DNA of 64,000 nucleotides from Squalus acanthias (Eukaryota). Shown piece after piece: positions 62,135-64,000 of this stretch. The translations under genes were made by a program, and so were the position numbers. Within the stretch, counting starts at the first letter, position 1. Each line of letters opens with the position of its first letter. Location: assembly GCA_030390025.1 (NCBI GenBank), contig CM059432.1:7626001-7690000 (forward strand), written 5' to 3'. The notes below the pieces were generated by a model. The model was given only the letters and a program-made list of their open reading frames with translations, was not told the origin of the DNA and did not search any database.

Positions 62135-64000
62135 CCTGAGGATTGGGAGCAGTTTAGGATTCAGCAAAGGAGGACAAAGGGATTAATTAAGAGGGGGGAA
62201 ATAGAGTACGAGCGAAAGCTTGTAGGGAACATAAAAACTGACTGTAAAAGCCTTTATAAATATGTGAAGAGAAAAAGATTGGTGAAGTCAAGCATAGGTC
62301 CCTTGCAGTCAGAATCAGGGGAATTTATAATGGGGAACAAAGAAATTGCAGACCAATTAAATACATACTTTGGCTCTGTCTTCACAAAGGAGAACACAAA
62401 TAACCTCCCAGAGATGTCGTGGAACATAGGGTCTAATGAGAGGGAGGAACTGAATGAAATCAGTATTTGTAGGGAAATGGTGTTAGGGAAATTGACGGCA
62501 TTAAAGGCCGATAAATCCCCAGGGACTGATAATCTACATCCTAGGGTACTTAAGGAAGTGGCCCTAGAAATAGTAGATGCATTGCTGGTCATCTTCCAAA
62601 ATTCTATAGACTCTGGAACAGTTCCCATGGATTGGAGGGTAGCTAATGTTACCCCACTGTTCAAAAAAGGTGGTAAAGAAAAAACGGGGAATTATAGACC
62701 GGTAAGCCTGACATCGGTACTGGGGAAAATGCTAGAGTCCATTATAAAAGATGTAATAGCAGAGCACTTGGAAAACAGTGACAGGATTGGACAAAGTCAA
62801 CATGGATTTACAAAAGGTAAATCGTGCTTGACTAATCTACTGGAATTTTTTGAGGATGTAACTGATAGAATAGATAAGGGAGAACCAGTGGATGTGGTGT
62901 ATTTGGACTTTCAGAAGGCTTTCGATAAGGTCCCGCATAAGAGATTAGCGTGTAAAGTTAAGGCACATGGGATTGGGGGAAAGGTACTGACTTGGATAGA
63001 GAACTGGTTGGCAGACAGGAAGCAAAGAGTTGGAATAAACGGGTCTTTTTCCGAGTGGCAGGCAGTGACTAGTGGGGTTCCGCAGGGATCGGTCCTAGGA
63101 CCCCAGCTATTCACTATATATATTAATGATCTAGATGAGGGAACTAGATGTAATATCTCCAAGTTTGCAGACGACACAAAGCTGGGTGGGCGTGTGTGCT
63201 GTGAGGAGGATGCCGAGAAACTCCAGTGTGATTTGGACAGGTTGGGTGATTGGGCAGAAGCATGGCAGATGCAGTATAATGTGGATAAATGCAAGGTTAT
63301 CCACTTTGGTGGCAAAAACAGAAAGGCAGATTATTATCTGAACGGCAATAGATTGGGAGAAGGGGAAGTGCAACGAGACCTGGGTGCCCTTGTGCACCAG
63401 TCGCTGAAGGTAAGCATGCAGGTACAGCAGGCGGCTAAGAAGGCAAATGGTATGTTGACCTTCGTAGCGAGAGGGTTTGAGTACAGGAACAAGGATGTCT
63501 TGCTGCAGTTGTACAGGGCCTTGGTGAGACCACACCTTGAGTATTGTGTGCAGTTTTGGTCGACTTATCTGAGGAAGGATGTTCTTGCCATGGAGGGTGT
63601 GCAGCGAAGATTCACCAGACTGATACCTGGGATGGCAGGAATGACGTACGAGGAGAGATTGGGTCGATTGGGCTTATACTCGCTGGAGTTCAGAAGAATG
63701 AGAGGAGATCTCATTGAAACTTATAAAATTCTAACAGGGCTAGACAGACTGGATGCAGGAAGGATGTTCCCGATGGCGGGTGAGTCCAGAACCAGGGGTC
63801 ACAGTCTAAAGATAAGGGGTAAGCCATTTAGGACAGAGATGAGGAGGAATTTCTTCACCCAGAGAGTGGTGAACCTGTGGAATTCTCTACCACAGAAGGC
63901 AGTTGAGGCCAAGTCAGTAAATATATTCAAGAAGGAGTTAGATATATTTCTTAAGGCTAAAGGTATCAAGGGATATGGGGAGAAGGCAGGGACAGGGTAC
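62135..64000 (+). mobile_element. Young 5'-truncated CR1 ORF2 (linker, RT, C-terminus), apparently open to the window edge
   Basis: Reads EDWEQFRIQQRRTKG... through RT motifs. Its absence from the ORF track fits an unterminated frame. Close match to the reverse complement of 1-705. Confidence 0.92.

Overview
This is eukaryotic, repeat-dominated DNA. The repeat set (many CR1 and L2 LINEs, RTE and Zenon-like LINE ends, Deu-domain tRNA SINEs, Penelope fragments, Harbinger elements) suggests a cartilaginous fish (inference). Nearly all long ORFs come from transposons. The main elements are: (1) a CR1 with its 5' end and an intact zinc-finger/esterase ORF1 (1-3075, minus); (2) a full-length Gypsy LTR element (5502-9980, minus; 194-bp LTRs, CCAAC target-site duplication, TSD) that lacks a tRNA primer-binding site (PBS) but has a perfect 11-nt complement to its own LTR, so it may self-prime; (3) a full-length PIF/Harbinger transposon (24790-28970) with an intact DDE transposase and a convergent spliced Myb/SANT gene, plus a deletion derivative and several related MITEs; (4) two solo LTRs, one in a CR1>LTR>CR1 nest; (5) Penelope ends carrying minimal hammerhead-ribozyme cores, two of them interrupted at the same GTT by different MITEs. 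Three short, phase-compatible candidate exons on the minus strand suggest the window lies in introns of an unidentified host gene. No database searches were run. Family assignments rest on recognisable motifs, and boundaries of degraded repeats are approximate.
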